Notes: generated by a model from the sequence alone, not told the origin. A stretch of DNA of 64,000 nucleotides from an uncultured Spirochaetota bacterium (GCA_963845535.1 CAWJSK010000019.1:158088-222087), one strand, 5' to 3'. Counted from the stretch's first letter, positions 44,340 to 54,123 are shown. Translations and numbers: made by a program.

Positions 44340-45272
44340 TCTTGAACTCCCTCATGTCCGCCGCGTTCAGATACGCTTCCACGCGGAGGTTCGCCCAGAT
44401 ATCGTACCACGCCGGCGGCACCCTGGCCTTCAGTGCGCGAAAGCATTCCAGGTCCTCCGAGAAGGTCCTGCCCTTCATTTCCGCCTGGATCTCCTCCAGG
44501 TGCGGAAGGAGGAACTCGAGCGCGCGATGGAGATGGGGGAGGGTCCTTGCGCGCCCCTCCGGGGAGAGCGTGACGACGGAATGGCACACGGTCTTGTATT
44601 TGCACACGTAGGGATAGTACGGGTAGGTCTTCTTGTTGGGGGGGAGGAAAAGCTTGGTGAAAAACTTGGTCAGGTCGGCGTCCATCCAGATCCCCTGGAC
44701 GAAATAGCCCCTGCCTTGCTCGCCTATCCATGTCTGGGAGATCGTTTCATGGATCCGAAACGCCGTGGCCGCGGCGTCGTCCCGCACCACGCCCTCGAGC
44801 GGGACAATCGTATCTTCGAGAAAAAGCCTTCGGGAGGAGTACGACGGGGTCATGTCGTTGGTGCCGCGCTCCCGGACCGTGGCTTCCGCGGCCCTCATTG
44901 CGAAATCCATTCGCAACAGATAGAGGTAGTTGCTGCCCTCCAGGCCGTAGATCTGAAAGAAACAGGGCCGCAGTATTTCCGCGGGGTCGAAGAAGTATGT
45001 CAGGCCCTTCAACACCTGCGGCGCAAGAGCGGCGATCTCCTTCGTGAGGGCCCGCAAGATTGCAAGGTATCCGGCCCCGGGACGGAGAGCCGGACGTCGT
45101 GGTGGATCGGGATGTGCGGGACCGAGTACTCTCCCTCGAGCTGCAGGAAGAAGTCCTCGCTCTGGCTGAAGTGTCGGCTCACCGGTCTGGTCTCTTCGCC
45201 GATGGATCCCAGGATGGCGTTGATGGCCGCATCTGAGTACTTTACCCGGATTTCATTCGAAATCTGCTCCAC
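44329..45272 (-). CDS. hypothetical protein (~314 aa), with an apparent 1-base frameshift at a CCCC run (45074-45077) splitting it into ORFs 45009..45272 and 44329..45057
   Basis: The N-terminal ORF (MEQISNEIRVKYSDAAINAIL...HIPIHHDVRLSVPG) and the C-terminal ORF (GYLAILRALTKEIAALAPQVL...) join if one G is added in the run. I recognise no motif. Overlaps the murD start by 11 nt. Confidence 0.5.
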
Positions 45273-45362
45273 CGACCGACATTTAACAGAAATCAGCCCC
45301 GCGCCGCAACACGGCGGCAGCCGGAATGTGGCGGAGCGTCGTCAGCGCTTGTCCGGCGGCCT

Positions 45363-47318
45363 TCAGAGCTTTTCCGGAGGGACCACCGGGCCATGGGCCC
45401 TTTTCAGCGCTTCCAGGCCGCGCTTCTGCTCCTCGTAGACTTCGAACAGCCGGGGCGGCATCCTCGTATCCTTGCCGTACGCCTCCTGCTGCAGATTGAT
45501 ACGCGCGAGGATGTTATCTATATAGAAAGAGAATTGCTTGGTGTAGAGATCCTTGGGGTAGCCCTTTCCCACCGTCTCATCGAAAATGCGCCTCAGGTCG
45601 TCGTAGAGCGGTATGAACCCAATGGGAGTCTCGATTGCTCCGACTTCGTCATGGGCGTACCTTTCCAGCCACGACAACCAGGCGCGAACGTCGCGTTTTT
45701 CCCCGAGGAGCTTGTTCAGGTCCCCGCCGCGCGCGCAGTCGACAAGGAAGTAGTTCAGGCCGGCGATGATGGGCCGTCCCAGCCTCGAGAGCTTCCGGGA
45801 GTTGAAAAACTGAAACTGCGCCTCCATGTAATCCCCGAGCGGGCACGGGATGAACGGAGAGTTTGCCCACGGCTGCCTGTTTACCCCTTTCGCGCCCACC
45901 TCCGTGGCAGTGGCCGCCGAAAGGATGGAGGCTCCAATCACGACTCCGTGGTCCGGATTCTTCGCAACCCAGACGGGCGGCATTGTATCGCTGTCCCTTC
46001 CGCTGTACGTGATAACCTTGACTGGCACGCCGGCAGGGTCCCAGGCCACTTTTCGGTTGAAGTTCCCGATGGCGTCGTTTGTCAGGGTGATGCGTGCGTT
46101 CGGGTTGGAGACCGGAACCGGCTTTCCGTTCTTGTTTTTCTTTCCCGGCCACCATTCCCCCTGGAAGTTGTTGCCCTTTGACGGGAGAGGTTCACCGCTG
46201 CCGGCCCAGTGAGGAACGCCGTGTTCGTCCACCAGGACGTTCGACCAGATCACCTCCGTCACGGGCTCACGCATGCAGCGGTAAAGGTAGGGGTCCCCCT
46301 CCTTGTTCAAGTCCTCCACGATGCCGAAGATCCCGATCTCAGGGTTGACCGCGCGCAGGATGCCCTCTTTGTCGATCCAGAGCTGGGCCAGGTCATCCCC
46401 CACGTAATCCGTGCCCACCATGGCCGTGGTGGTCTTGCCGCATCCCGAGGGAGCGGCCCCGGCGAAGAACGTCTTCCTCCCGCCGGGACCAGTCATCCCC
46501 GTGATGAACATGTGCTCGGAGAGCTCCTGCTCCCTGCGGTAGTAGGTGCAGAGGTCCACGGCAAACCTGTGGTTCCCCTTCTTCAGCATCAGCGTGTTGC
46601 CCGCGTACGAGCAGTACATGCTGAACGTCGTGAACCAGCTTCGGTCCATGAAGATCCGCGCCTTGGAGATGTCCTCGGATTTGCCGCTCCCCTGGCTGTG
46701 GAGGTTCGTAAAGAACACACCGGCTCGTTCGACTTCGCTGTCGAAGTCCTCGAAGACATTGCGGTAGAGGATGTTCGCGCTGTGCAGGACGTACGCCGAG
46801 CTTGAGATCATGAGCGCGGGAACGGATGCCTGCGCGCCCATGGGCCCCCGGCTGTAGAACCCCACCAGCATGGTCTTTCCCCGCATGATGCCCGTCATGG
46901 TGGCGCGGACGTAATCCAGGGCTTCCGCGCGGAGCATCTTCTTCGCCAGGACGCTCACCTCTTCACCCTCGTTGGCGATGTAGTAGGTCTGGTCGACCAT
47001 GCGACCCTGGTCTTCCGGGAGGTCGAAGTGGATGGTGTGGTCCTTCATGGCGAGCGGGCACTCTTCTCCGGTCTCCAGGCTTATCCGTCGGCAGGCCGCC
47101 ACGTCATCAGGGGAGGAGCCAATGACGAAGACCCGATCAGGAGCGCACATGGCGGCGGCGTTTGCGATCTTGATAAGGGCTCCCGCGGTGGAGATTCGGG
47201 CGATCTTTTCCCTGTTGGAAGCGTCCATAGAAGCGGCGAGGACGGAACGCGCCTCTTCCGCTGTCCGGATCCCTCCGACCTCAGAAAGGATGTCGACGCC
47301 CTTGTTCAGCTCAAGCAT
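45363..47318 (-). CDS. pckG: phosphoenolpyruvate carboxykinase (GTP)
   Basis: MRGKTMLVGFYSRGPMG, HMFITGMTGPGGRKTFFAGAAPSGCGKTTTAMV (kinase-1a) and YVGDDLAQLWIDKEGILRAVNPEIGIFG are colinear with rat and mycobacterial GTP-PEPCK. ATG 47318 (MLELNKG) follows GAGGGGGG and an AT-rich promoter-like tract. An alternative ATG is at 47396. The long upstream part of the listed 1072-aa ORF is antisense to the 47526 gene. Confidence 0.88.
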   Translation of the reverse strand: MLELNKGVDILSEVGGIRTAEEARSVLAASMDASNREKIARISTAGALIKIANAAAMCAPDRVFVIGSSPDDVAACRRISLETGEECPLAMKDHTIHFDLPEDQGRMVDQTYYIANEGEEVSVLAKKMLRAEALDYVRATMTGIMRGKTMLVGFYSRGPMGAQASVPALMISSSAYVLHSANILYRNVFEDFDSEVERAGVFFTNLHSQGSGKSEDISKARIFMDRSWFTTFSMYCSYAGNTLMLKKGNHRFAVDLCTYYRREQELSEHMFITGMTGPGGRKTFFAGAAPSGCGKTTTAMVGTDYVGDDLAQLWIDKEGILRAVNPEIGIFGIVEDLNKEGDPYLYRCMREPVTEVIWSNVLVDEHGVPHWAGSGEPLPSKGNNFQGEWWPGKKNKNGKPVPVSNPNARITLTNDAIGNFNRKVAWDPAGVPVKVITYSGRDSDTMPPVWVAKNPDHGVVIGASILSAATATEVGAKGVNRQPWANSPFIPCPLGDYMEAQFQFFNSRKLSRLGRPIIAGLNYFLVDCARGGDLNKLLGEKRDVRAWLSWLERYAHDEVGAIETPIGFIPLYDDLRRIFDETVGKGYPKDLYTKQFSFYIDNILARINLQQEAYGKDTRMPPRLFEVYEEQKRGLEALKRAHGPVVPPEKL

Positions 47319-47400
47319 TCCGCCCCCCTCGAAGTGTAAGCTGTTACGAGACTCGATTTTCGCTGTCCTGTCAATTGCTTTATATGCTTTATCCATGCGT

Positions 47401-47449
47401 GCTTTGTCCGCGCGGTCCGCGCGCGCTTTGTCCAACGCGGTCCGCGCGC
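47401..47449. repeat. direct repeat pair of ~24 bp (GCTTTGTCC..GCGGTCCGCGCGC) containing the palindromes GCGCGG-T-CCGCGC and GCGG-T-CCGC, in the pckG / 47526-gene divergent intergenic region
   Basis: Direct read of 47401-47424 and 47425-47449. Further TCCGGA and CGCG elements follow up to 47490. Confidence 0.7.
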
Positions 47450-47525
47450 CTCCACGCGTTGGTCCTCCGGACGCGGTTCCCGCGCATGCTGCTGTTGGTA
47501 TAGAATCGACCCCTGGGGAGGTTTC

Positions 47526-49283
47526 GTGGAAAACATCGCTTATGCCGTGCTGGACAGGAAAGTCATCATGCGGGTCAGGCGCCGCTTCTGCGAGACCCCT
47601 GACGAGTTGCTGCAAAGCGGCCTCTTCCGCGACGTCCTGCGCCGCTGCCTGCGGGAGCTGGCCCGGCGGGATTCGCCCATGCTTGCGTTCCTGGGCGGGA
47701 AGCACGAGCAGGAAGCCTCCCTCGATATCCTGATCCAGAGCCTCTCTTTCCTGACGAAGATCCCCCTTGCCCTCGTGCCGAACATCGTCGCCGGTGCCGC
47801 TTCGTTCCCGGAGCACCGCACGGGCCTGGCCGACTTCGTGGAATACCTCTACAACTTCTGGAGGAGCTTCGAGAGGTATGCTGTCTGCGACTCCGAGGGT
47901 GACGCGCTGGACAAGCGGCCGTACCGAACGTTCAACGAGACGGTGGAGAACTTCTCCCACCTCGTGCGCGGGGTCTACCGCGACGTCCAGGAGAACATCC
48001 AGGGGATGCACCCGCGCATCTACCGTCAGCTCCACGCCGGCGTGGAGATCTCTGCAATCGCGTTGACCCTGGATATCCCTCTGCCGCCGGGGCCCTACGA
48101 GAAGCTGCGCGGCGTTGCCATAATCCGCCAGATCCTTCTCAATCCGCCGCTGATCCTCGAGCCGCCCATGAACAAGCGCACCGGTTCCTTCATCCGCGTG
48201 CCGGAGAACCCGATCGAACGCGTCACGGTGGACGCCTCCGACTGGTTGTGCTACCCCGCGCGCGTCGGAGACCTTCTTGTCCTCATCTATTTCCACAACA
48301 CGTTCTTCGAGCTGGGCTTCTCTCTGTGCAACCTCTTCGAGATCGCTGATGACGCCGACCTGGGACGCGCTCCCGACGCCCTTTACATCTTCGGGGACCC
48401 GACGGACGGCCTTTCGGGGATCGCGGAGATGCCCACGGTATTCCATGACGACGCCGCCAACCGTCTCTTCGTTGCCGCCGTCCCCAACCGCAAGGAGTAC
48501 GGGTACTTCGGTTACCTCAAGAAGATGGTGCTCACCCTTCACAACGTCATCAAGATGAAGGCGGGACGGCTCCCGTTCCATGGGGCCCTGCTGTCCATCC
48601 AGCTCAAGGGCGGCAGGAGCGCGAACGTCCTCCTGATGGGTGACACGGGAGCGGGCAAGTCGGAGTCAATCGAAGCTTTTCGCGGCATGGCGGATGCGGA
48701 GATCCGCGACCTGTCCATCGTCGCGGACGACATGGGGTCCCTGGAGCTTCGTGAGGACGGCGTGATGGCGTACGGAACGGAGATTGGGGCCTTCCTTCGG
48801 CTGGACGACCTCAGCCCGGGGTTCGCCTTCGGGCAGATCGACCGCGCCATCATCATGAGCGCCAGCCGCACGAACTCCAGGATCGTGTTGCCTGTCTCGG
48901 ACTACGCGCGCATCATCCGCGGCGTCAAGCTGGACTATGTCCTGTATGCGAACAACTACGAGGAAGTGGATGAAGATCACCCCGTGCTGGAAAAGTTTAA
49001 TGAGATGAACGAAGCCCTCAAGGTCTTCCGGGAGGGCACGTCCATGAGCAAAGGGACCACGACATCAACGGGCCTCGTCCACACGTACTTCGCGAACATC
49101 TTCGGGCCGCCGCAATACCGGGACCTGCATGAGAAGCTCGCCGTGCAGTTCTTCTCCGCCTTCTTCGCCACAGGGATTTTCGTGGGTCAGCTCAGGACGA
49201 GGCTCGGGATACCGGGCAAGGAAGCGGAAGGCCCGAAGGAGGCAGCGCGCCACCTCCTTCGGCTGATTGCGGACCGAGACTGA
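47526..49283 (+). CDS. uncharacterised 585-aa protein with a C-terminal HPr kinase/phosphorylase-like (PEPCK-fold) P-loop domain
   Basis: GTG start preceded by GGGGAGG (5-nt spacing). Residues ~355-440 (RLPFHGALLSIQLKGGRSANVLLMGDTGAGKSESIEAF...LSIVADDMGSLELREDG) match the HprK C-domain pattern (GVLITGDSGVGKSE ... LVADD). The N-terminal ~330 aa has no motif I recognise. Confidence 0.7.
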   Translation: MENIAYAVLDRKVIMRVRRRFCETPDELLQSGLFRDVLRRCLRELARRDSPMLAFLGGKHEQEASLDILIQSLSFLTKIPLALVPNIVAGAASFPEHRTGLADFVEYLYNFWRSFERYAVCDSEGDALDKRPYRTFNETVENFSHLVRGVYRDVQENIQGMHPRIYRQLHAGVEISAIALTLDIPLPPGPYEKLRGVAIIRQILLNPPLILEPPMNKRTGSFIRVPENPIERVTVDASDWLCYPARVGDLLVLIYFHNTFFELGFSLCNLFEIADDADLGRAPDALYIFGDPTDGLSGIAEMPTVFHDDAANRLFVAAVPNRKEYGYFGYLKKMVLTLHNVIKMKAGRLPFHGALLSIQLKGGRSANVLLMGDTGAGKSESIEAFRGMADAEIRDLSIVADDMGSLELREDGVMAYGTEIGAFLRLDDLSPGFAFGQIDRAIIMSASRTNSRIVLPVSDYARIIRGVKLDYVLYANNYEEVDEDHPVLEKFNEMNEALKVFREGTSMSKGTTTSTGLVHTYFANIFGPPQYRDLHEKLAVQFFSAFFATGIFVGQLRTRLGIPGKEAEGPKEAARHLLRLIADRD

Positions 49284-49329
49284 TCGGCCTGCGTTGATCG
49301 GGCTGCGTTGATCGAGCTGCACTCATCGG
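49281..49329 (+). repeat. 3.5 tandem copies of a 14-bp unit (TGATCGGCCTGCGT / TGATCGGGCTGCGT / TGATCGAGCTGCAC / TCATCGG) beginning with the stop codon of the 47526 gene
   Basis: Direct read; period 14. Confidence 0.8.
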
Positions 49330-49369
49330 AACGGAGTGGTCGGGGAGGTGGGCCCGGAGGCCGGTCCGC

Positions 49370-49711
49370 CTACCCGATTGCCACTTTCCCGGTCTCTCCG
49401 CTCCTGATGCGGATGCAATCCTCCAAGGGGAGAACGAAAATCTTGCCGTCGCCGATGTTGCCGGTGCGCGCGCCTTTCACAATGGCATCCACGGTCGGCT
49501 TCACGTACGCGTCGTTCACGGCGATCTCCAGGCGCACCTTCTTGAGGAGCGTGCCGGCCTCCTTGACGCCGCGGTACACCTCGGTGACGCCCTTCTGACG
49601 TCCGCAGCCCAGGACGTTCGTCACCGTCTTCAAATAGACCTCTTTCTTGTCCAGCTCCTGGAGCACGTCGTCGAGCCTATGGGGCTGGATGATCGCTATG
49701 ATGAGTTTCAT
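49370..49711 (-). CDS. glnK: nitrogen regulatory protein P-II
   Basis: [20 protein letters not shown]...[20 protein letters not shown], a 113-aa PII. ATG 49711. Immediately downstream of amtB. Confidence 0.9.
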   Translation of the reverse strand: MKLIIAIIQPHRLDDVLQELDKKEVYLKTVTNVLGCGRQKGVTEVYRGVKEAGTLLKKVRLEIAVNDAYVKPTVDAIVKGARTGNIGDGKIFVLPLEDCIRIRSGETGKVAIG

Positions 49712-49731
49712 GCTTGCGTTCCTTCCTTGCA

Positions 49732-50976
49732 TCAGTCGATGAGCGTGTATGCGCTCTCCTTGTGCTGCGTGTTGTCGAGGCCAATCGCCTCGTCCTGCTC
49801 CTTGACGCGCAGCCCCATGGTCAGGTCGAGCACCTTGGCGATGATGAAAGTGACCACCGCGGCGTAGACGAGCACGGCCCCCGCGGCAATGGCGTTGACG
49901 ACGAACTGGTGGGGGTTTCCGAAGAAGAGCCCGTCCGCTCCGCCCTGGTTGAAGATCTTCTGCGCAAACAGCCCCGTGGCCAGCGCGCCCACGGTCCCGC
50001 CGACGCCGTGGACGCCGAATGCGTCCAGGGAATCATCATAGGCGAGCTTCTGTTTCACCACGGCCACCGCCACGTAGCACACGCACGCCACGATGAGACC
50101 GATGCACATGGCGGAGATGGGGGAGACAAACCCCGAGGCGGGCGTTATGGCAACGAGCCCAGCCACGGCGCCGGTCGCGGCCCCGAGGACCGTCGGCCTT
50201 TTCGTGATAAACCAGTCGATCACCACCCATCCGATTGCCGCGGCCGCCGTTGCCGTGTTCGTGTTGATGAAAGCCGTCACGGCGAGCTCGTTCGCCTGGA
50301 GCGCGCTTCCCGCGTTGAAGCCGAACCAGCCGAACCACAGGAGCGCCGCGCCGATCAGCGTGTACGTCATGTTGTGGGGCGGAGGCGTGATGCGCGGGAA
50401 GCCCGTCCGCCTGCCAATGATCAGCGCCACCACGAGCGCGGAAATCCCCGAAGACATGTGCACCACGGTCCCTCCCGCAAAATCCAGGGCGCCGAGGTTG
50501 TGGAGCCATCCGTCCTTGCCCCACACCCAGTGGGCAACGGGATCATAGACGAGCGTGGCCCACACGAGAGTGAACACCACGAAGGTCGAAAACTTGATTC
50601 TCTCCGCATACGCCCCCGTGATGAGCGCCGGTGTGATGACGGCGAACATCATCTGGAAGAGCATGTAGAGCTGGTGGGGGATGGTGGGCGCGTAGTCGGG
50701 GTTCGGGGTCAGGCCGACTCCGTGGAGCCCCAGCCAGGACAGGTTCCCGAACAGGTGCCCGACGTCGGGGCCGAACGCAATGCTGTAGCCCCAAAGGATC
50801 CACTGGATGCTGATGACGGCCAGGATGAAGAAGGACTGCATCATGGTGGACAGGACGTTTTTCCGCCGAACAAGGCCGCCGTAGAACAGGGCGAGCCCCG
50901 GCGCCGTCATGAGAAGCACCAGCGCGGTGGATACAAGCACCCACGCTGTGTCGCCGGAGTTGATGGTTGGCTGCAT
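49732..50976 (-). CDS. amtB: ammonium transporter
   Basis: 414 aa, Amt/MEP family signature regions ([18 protein letters not shown]; GFNAGSAL; [13 protein letters not shown]). Confidence 0.9.
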   Translation of the reverse strand: MQPTINSGDTAWVLVSTALVLLMTAPGLALFYGGLVRRKNVLSTMMQSFFILAVISIQWILWGYSIAFGPDVGHLFGNLSWLGLHGVGLTPNPDYAPTIPHQLYMLFQMMFAVITPALITGAYAERIKFSTFVVFTLVWATLVYDPVAHWVWGKDGWLHNLGALDFAGGTVVHMSSGISALVVALIIGRRTGFPRITPPPHNMTYTLIGAALLWFGWFGFNAGSALQANELAVTAFINTNTATAAAAIGWVVIDWFITKRPTVLGAATGAVAGLVAITPASGFVSPISAMCIGLIVACVCYVAVAVVKQKLAYDDSLDAFGVHGVGGTVGALATGLFAQKIFNQGGADGLFFGNPHQFVVNAIAAGAVLVYAAVVTFIIAKVLDLTMGLRVKEQDEAIGLDNTQHKESAYTLID

Positions 50977-51020
50977 CGATTCCTCCTCTATTTGATTGAA
51001 GAATTAATGCAGGTAGAAAA

Positions 51021-51036
51021 GCAATTATCGTGCCAA
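51021..51036 (-). promoter_or_regulatory. sigma-54 (-24/-12) promoter upstream of amtB-glnK: TGGCAC-gataa-TTGCT
   Basis: Minus-strand read is ccTTGGCACGATAATTGCTttt, an exact match to the TGGCAC-N5-TTGCW consensus, about 45 nt upstream of the amtB ATG and its GGAGG SD. Confidence 0.7.
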
Positions 51037-51040
51037 GGCT

Positions 51041-52600
51041 TTAGCTTCTGAATCTCTTCGGTTCGATCTGGTACCTGTGCACGCGTAGTCCCATGATGCG
51101 TTCGGTGATCCCCAGGGAAGCGGCCGCTGCCGCCATGTTCCCTCGAGAGGATTTCAACGCTTCCATCAACAGTTCCTTCTCCACCGTCTCCAGCGCTGCC
51201 GTCAGGGTGCCCCGGGGGACCGTCCCGCTGGATTCCGCTGTCTGGAGCGAAGGCGGGAGGTGATGCCCGTGGATCACCTCGTCATCGCTCAGAAGCACGG
51301 CCCGCTCAATGCAGTTCTCCAGCTCCCGAACGTTGCCGGGCCAGTGGTATGCCATCAACATGTCAATGGCGGGCGTGGAGATGCGGATCACGTTCTTGTG
51401 GTTCTGCCTGGCGTAGCGCTCCACGAAATAGTCGGCCAGGAGCAGAATGTCGGTGCGCCTCTCCCGCAAAGGCGGGATGTGGATGGGGAAGACGTTCAGC
51501 CGGTAATACAGGTCCTGCCGGAACTGCTCCGTCTCGATGAGCTTCTCCAAGTCCCTGTTGGTGGCGGCTATCACGCGAACGTCCGTCTTGATGGTGAGCG
51601 TTCCGCCGACCCGTTCGAACTCGCGCTCTTGCAGGACCCTGAGGAGCTTGATCTGCATGGCAGGCGACAGGTCTCCAATCTCATCCAGGAAAAGGGTGCC
51701 GCCCTGGGCAAGCTCGAACCGGCCTTTCCGCGTTGCAACGGCGCCCGTGAAGGCGCCCTTCTCATGACCGAACAGCTCGCTCTCGATCACCCCTTCGGGC
51801 AGCGCGGCGCAGTTCACCTTCACGAACGGCCGGGGCGCGCGCCGGCTGGCGTAATGGATGGCGTGGGCCACCAGCTCCTTTCCCGTGCCGCTTTCACCGC
51901 GCAGCAGCACCGTGGTGTCGCTTGCCGACACCTGCCCGATGAGCTGGTAGACGCTCTGCATGGCTTTTGAATTGCCGATGATGTTCGACGGCCGGTACCT
52001 GTCTTTCAGCTCGTCCTGCAGTCGCAGGTTCTCCTCCACGAGCCGCTCCCGCTCCTCCTGCGCGGACTGGCGCAGCCGCACGGCCTGGGCAATCAGTGAG
52101 CCGATGATGGAGAGGATCCGGGCCTCCTCCTGGAGGTAGGAGAAAGCGGCCACCGGCCTGTCCGCGCTCAAGGCCCCCACCACTTCCCTGCCCATCTTGA
52201 TGGGCACGCAGATGAAGGAAAGGTCCTCTCCGTCGCGCGTTCGCCGCGCCCCGGTGCGGTCCAGGAACTGCGGCTCCTCAGATATCTTGGGGACGATGGA
52301 GGCCTTGCCCGTCTGGATCACCTTGCCGGTGATGCCTTCCCCCAGCTTGTAGCGCCCCTTGCGCTTCTGCGTCACGGAAAGGCCGTAGGCGGACTCGATG
52401 GCGATCTCACCGGTCTGCCTGTTCAAGAGCGTCAGGGTGGCGAACTTCATCCCCAACGAGCGGGTAAGGGCTTCCAGGACAGGCTCGACGACGGTTCGCA
52501 GATCAAGGCTAGAATCGAGGATCTGGCTGACCTCGAACAGCAGTGAGAGCTCTCCCGGTCCCCCGTTCGCCTCCACCCATCGTCTCCTCTCTGCGGACAT
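51041..52600 (-). CDS. sigma-54-dependent transcriptional activator, NifA/NtrC-type enhancer-binding protein (GAF + AAA+ + Fis-type HTH)
   Basis: N-terminal GAF-like domain. AAA+ sigma-54 interaction domain with [23 protein letters not shown] (GAFTGA) and the arginine finger. C-terminal HTH. Its stop lies directly upstream of the sigma-54 promoter of amtB. Confidence 0.85.
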   Translation of the reverse strand: MSAERRRWVEANGGPGELSLLFEVSQILDSSLDLRTVVEPVLEALTRSLGMKFATLTLLNRQTGEIAIESAYGLSVTQKRKGRYKLGEGITGKVIQTGKASIVPKISEEPQFLDRTGARRTRDGEDLSFICVPIKMGREVVGALSADRPVAAFSYLQEEARILSIIGSLIAQAVRLRQSAQEERERLVEENLRLQDELKDRYRPSNIIGNSKAMQSVYQLIGQVSASDTTVLLRGESGTGKELVAHAIHYASRRAPRPFVKVNCAALPEGVIESELFGHEKGAFTGAVATRKGRFELAQGGTLFLDEIGDLSPAMQIKLLRVLQEREFERVGGTLTIKTDVRVIAATNRDLEKLIETEQFRQDLYYRLNVFPIHIPPLRERRTDILLLADYFVERYARQNHKNVIRISTPAIDMLMAYHWPGNVRELENCIERAVLLSDDEVIHGHHLPPSLQTAESSGTVPRGTLTAALETVEKELLMEALKSSRGNMAAAAASLGITERIMGLRVHRYQIEPKRFRS

Positions 52601-52731
52601 GGAATCTCCTCAGAACCTACGAAATTGTAGCCTGGTGCCTCAAAAAGATACCGAAATGTAGTGCGCTTTCAATCCTCAGTCAATCCTATCACGCTACCGC
52701 GCGCGGAGGCACGCGGGGCGCGCCGGTCGCG

Positions 52732-52760
52732 TTGACAATCGCCGCGGCTGTCCGTATAAA
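52732..52760 (+). promoter_or_regulatory. consensus sigma-70 promoter (TTGACA, 17 bp, TATAAA) placed 5 nt before the aminotransferase ATG, implying a leaderless mRNA
   Basis: TTGACA at 52732-52737, a 17-nt spacer, TATAAA at 52755-52760, ATG at 52766. No SD is possible. Confidence 0.55.
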
Positions 52761-52765
52761 CAGGT

Positions 52766-54055
52766 ATGAACCCTCTGGCACAGGAGATGAATCAGCTCCT
52801 CGAAGGGAGCGTCGCGGGAGCGCTTCTCTCTGACCTGGGAAGACGCATCTATTTCCCCCGTGGCATTGTGGCGCAGTCAGCCGAGGCGAAGAAACACGCC
52901 AAGCGTGCAAATGCCACCATCGGAATGGCGCTGCGGGAAGGCAAACCCGTGTACCTGCCAGCAATCCGCTCTCTTATCCCCGATCTGGACCCCGAGGAGA
53001 TCTTCCCGTACGCGCCGACGCAGGGGGTGGAGAAGCTCCGGGAGGCATGGAAAAAAGAGATCATCCAGAAGAACCCCGACATTGGCAGCACTCCTTTTTC
53101 CCTTCCGCTGGTCGTGCCGGGACTCACGGCGGGCATCTCGACGCTCGCTGACCTGTTTGCCGGACCGGGGGACACGCTCGTGATTCCGGACCTCTTCTGG
53201 GACAACTACCCGCTGATATTCGAGACGAGGCGGGAAGCCTCCATTCGGACTTTTCCTTTTTACTCGGAGCGGGGAGGATTCAATTCCGACGGTCTTCGGG
53301 CCGCGTTGCGCGCCGCTGCCGGGAAGAAGAAGGTCATCCTCCTGTTGAACTTCCCCAACAATCCAACCGGCTACTCGCTCACGAAGGATGAGGCGGGCGC
53401 CGTGGTCTCGATCATCGGGGATCTGGCTGCTTCCGGAACGCGGTGTCTTGTCATTACGGACGACGCGTACTTTGGTCTTTTCTACGAACCAGACATCTAT
53501 CCGCAGTCCCTGTTTGCCCGGCTGTGCGGTCTGCATGAGAACGTGCTGGCAGCCAAAGTGGACGGCTCCACGAAGGAAGACCTCACGTGGGGATTCCGCA
53601 CGGCGTTCATCAGCCTCGGCGCCAAAGGGCTTGCCAAAGAGCAGTATGACGCCCTCACGAACAAGCTCATGGGCGCGGTCCGCTCCACGGTTTCCAACTC
53701 GAGCGTCCTGGCCCAGAACCTGATCCTCCGCGCCATCGCCAGTCCCTCCCGCCAGCGGGAAAAGGAAGAGGCCGCGGCGCTTCTTCGCCAGCGCTATCTG
53801 AAGGTGAAATCCATCGTTGCAGACCGGGCAAGCGGCGCCATACAGCCGTTCCCTTTCAACTCCGGATACTTCATGAGCTTCCGGCTCACCCGGGGGGACG
53901 CGGAGAAGCTCCGCATGGCACTCCTCATGGAAGAGGGCGTCGGGACGATCGCCGTGAACGAAAAGTGCCTTCGCGTTGCCTTCTCACAATTGGACCTGGA
54001 CAAGCTCGAGGAAGTATTCGAGGTGATCTACAAGACAGCGGAAAGGGTGCTGTAG
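52766..54055 (+). CDS. PLP-dependent aminotransferase, class I/II fold
   Basis: 429 aa with LLLNFPNNPTGYSL and the surrounding fold-type I pattern. Substrate specificity cannot be determined from sequence alone. Confidence 0.75.
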   Translation: MNPLAQEMNQLLEGSVAGALLSDLGRRIYFPRGIVAQSAEAKKHAKRANATIGMALREGKPVYLPAIRSLIPDLDPEEIFPYAPTQGVEKLREAWKKEIIQKNPDIGSTPFSLPLVVPGLTAGISTLADLFAGPGDTLVIPDLFWDNYPLIFETRREASIRTFPFYSERGGFNSDGLRAALRAAAGKKKVILLLNFPNNPTGYSLTKDEAGAVVSIIGDLAASGTRCLVITDDAYFGLFYEPDIYPQSLFARLCGLHENVLAAKVDGSTKEDLTWGFRTAFISLGAKGLAKEQYDALTNKLMGAVRSTVSNSSVLAQNLILRAIASPSRQREKEEAAALLRQRYLKVKSIVADRASGAIQPFPFNSGYFMSFRLTRGDAEKLRMALLMEEGVGTIAVNEKCLRVAFSQLDLDKLEEVFEVIYKTAERVL

Positions 54056-54123
54056 GCCCTTTCGGGCATCCCTGCCCTCGGCGCAGCTCCGCCCTGCCTC
54101 CCGCACGGAATACCGTGCTAGGG

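Noticed and set aside
47319-48581. N-terminal ~420 aa of the listed 1072-aa minus-strand ORF. This raised the possibility of a PPi-type (~1,100-aa) PEPCK.
   Set aside because: That segment is antisense to the real plus-strand gene at 47526..49283 and is low-complexity. The PEPCK homology begins at MLELNKG (47318), which has an SD and an AT-rich promoter-like tract. The kinase-1a motif is GTP-type, not PPi-type.
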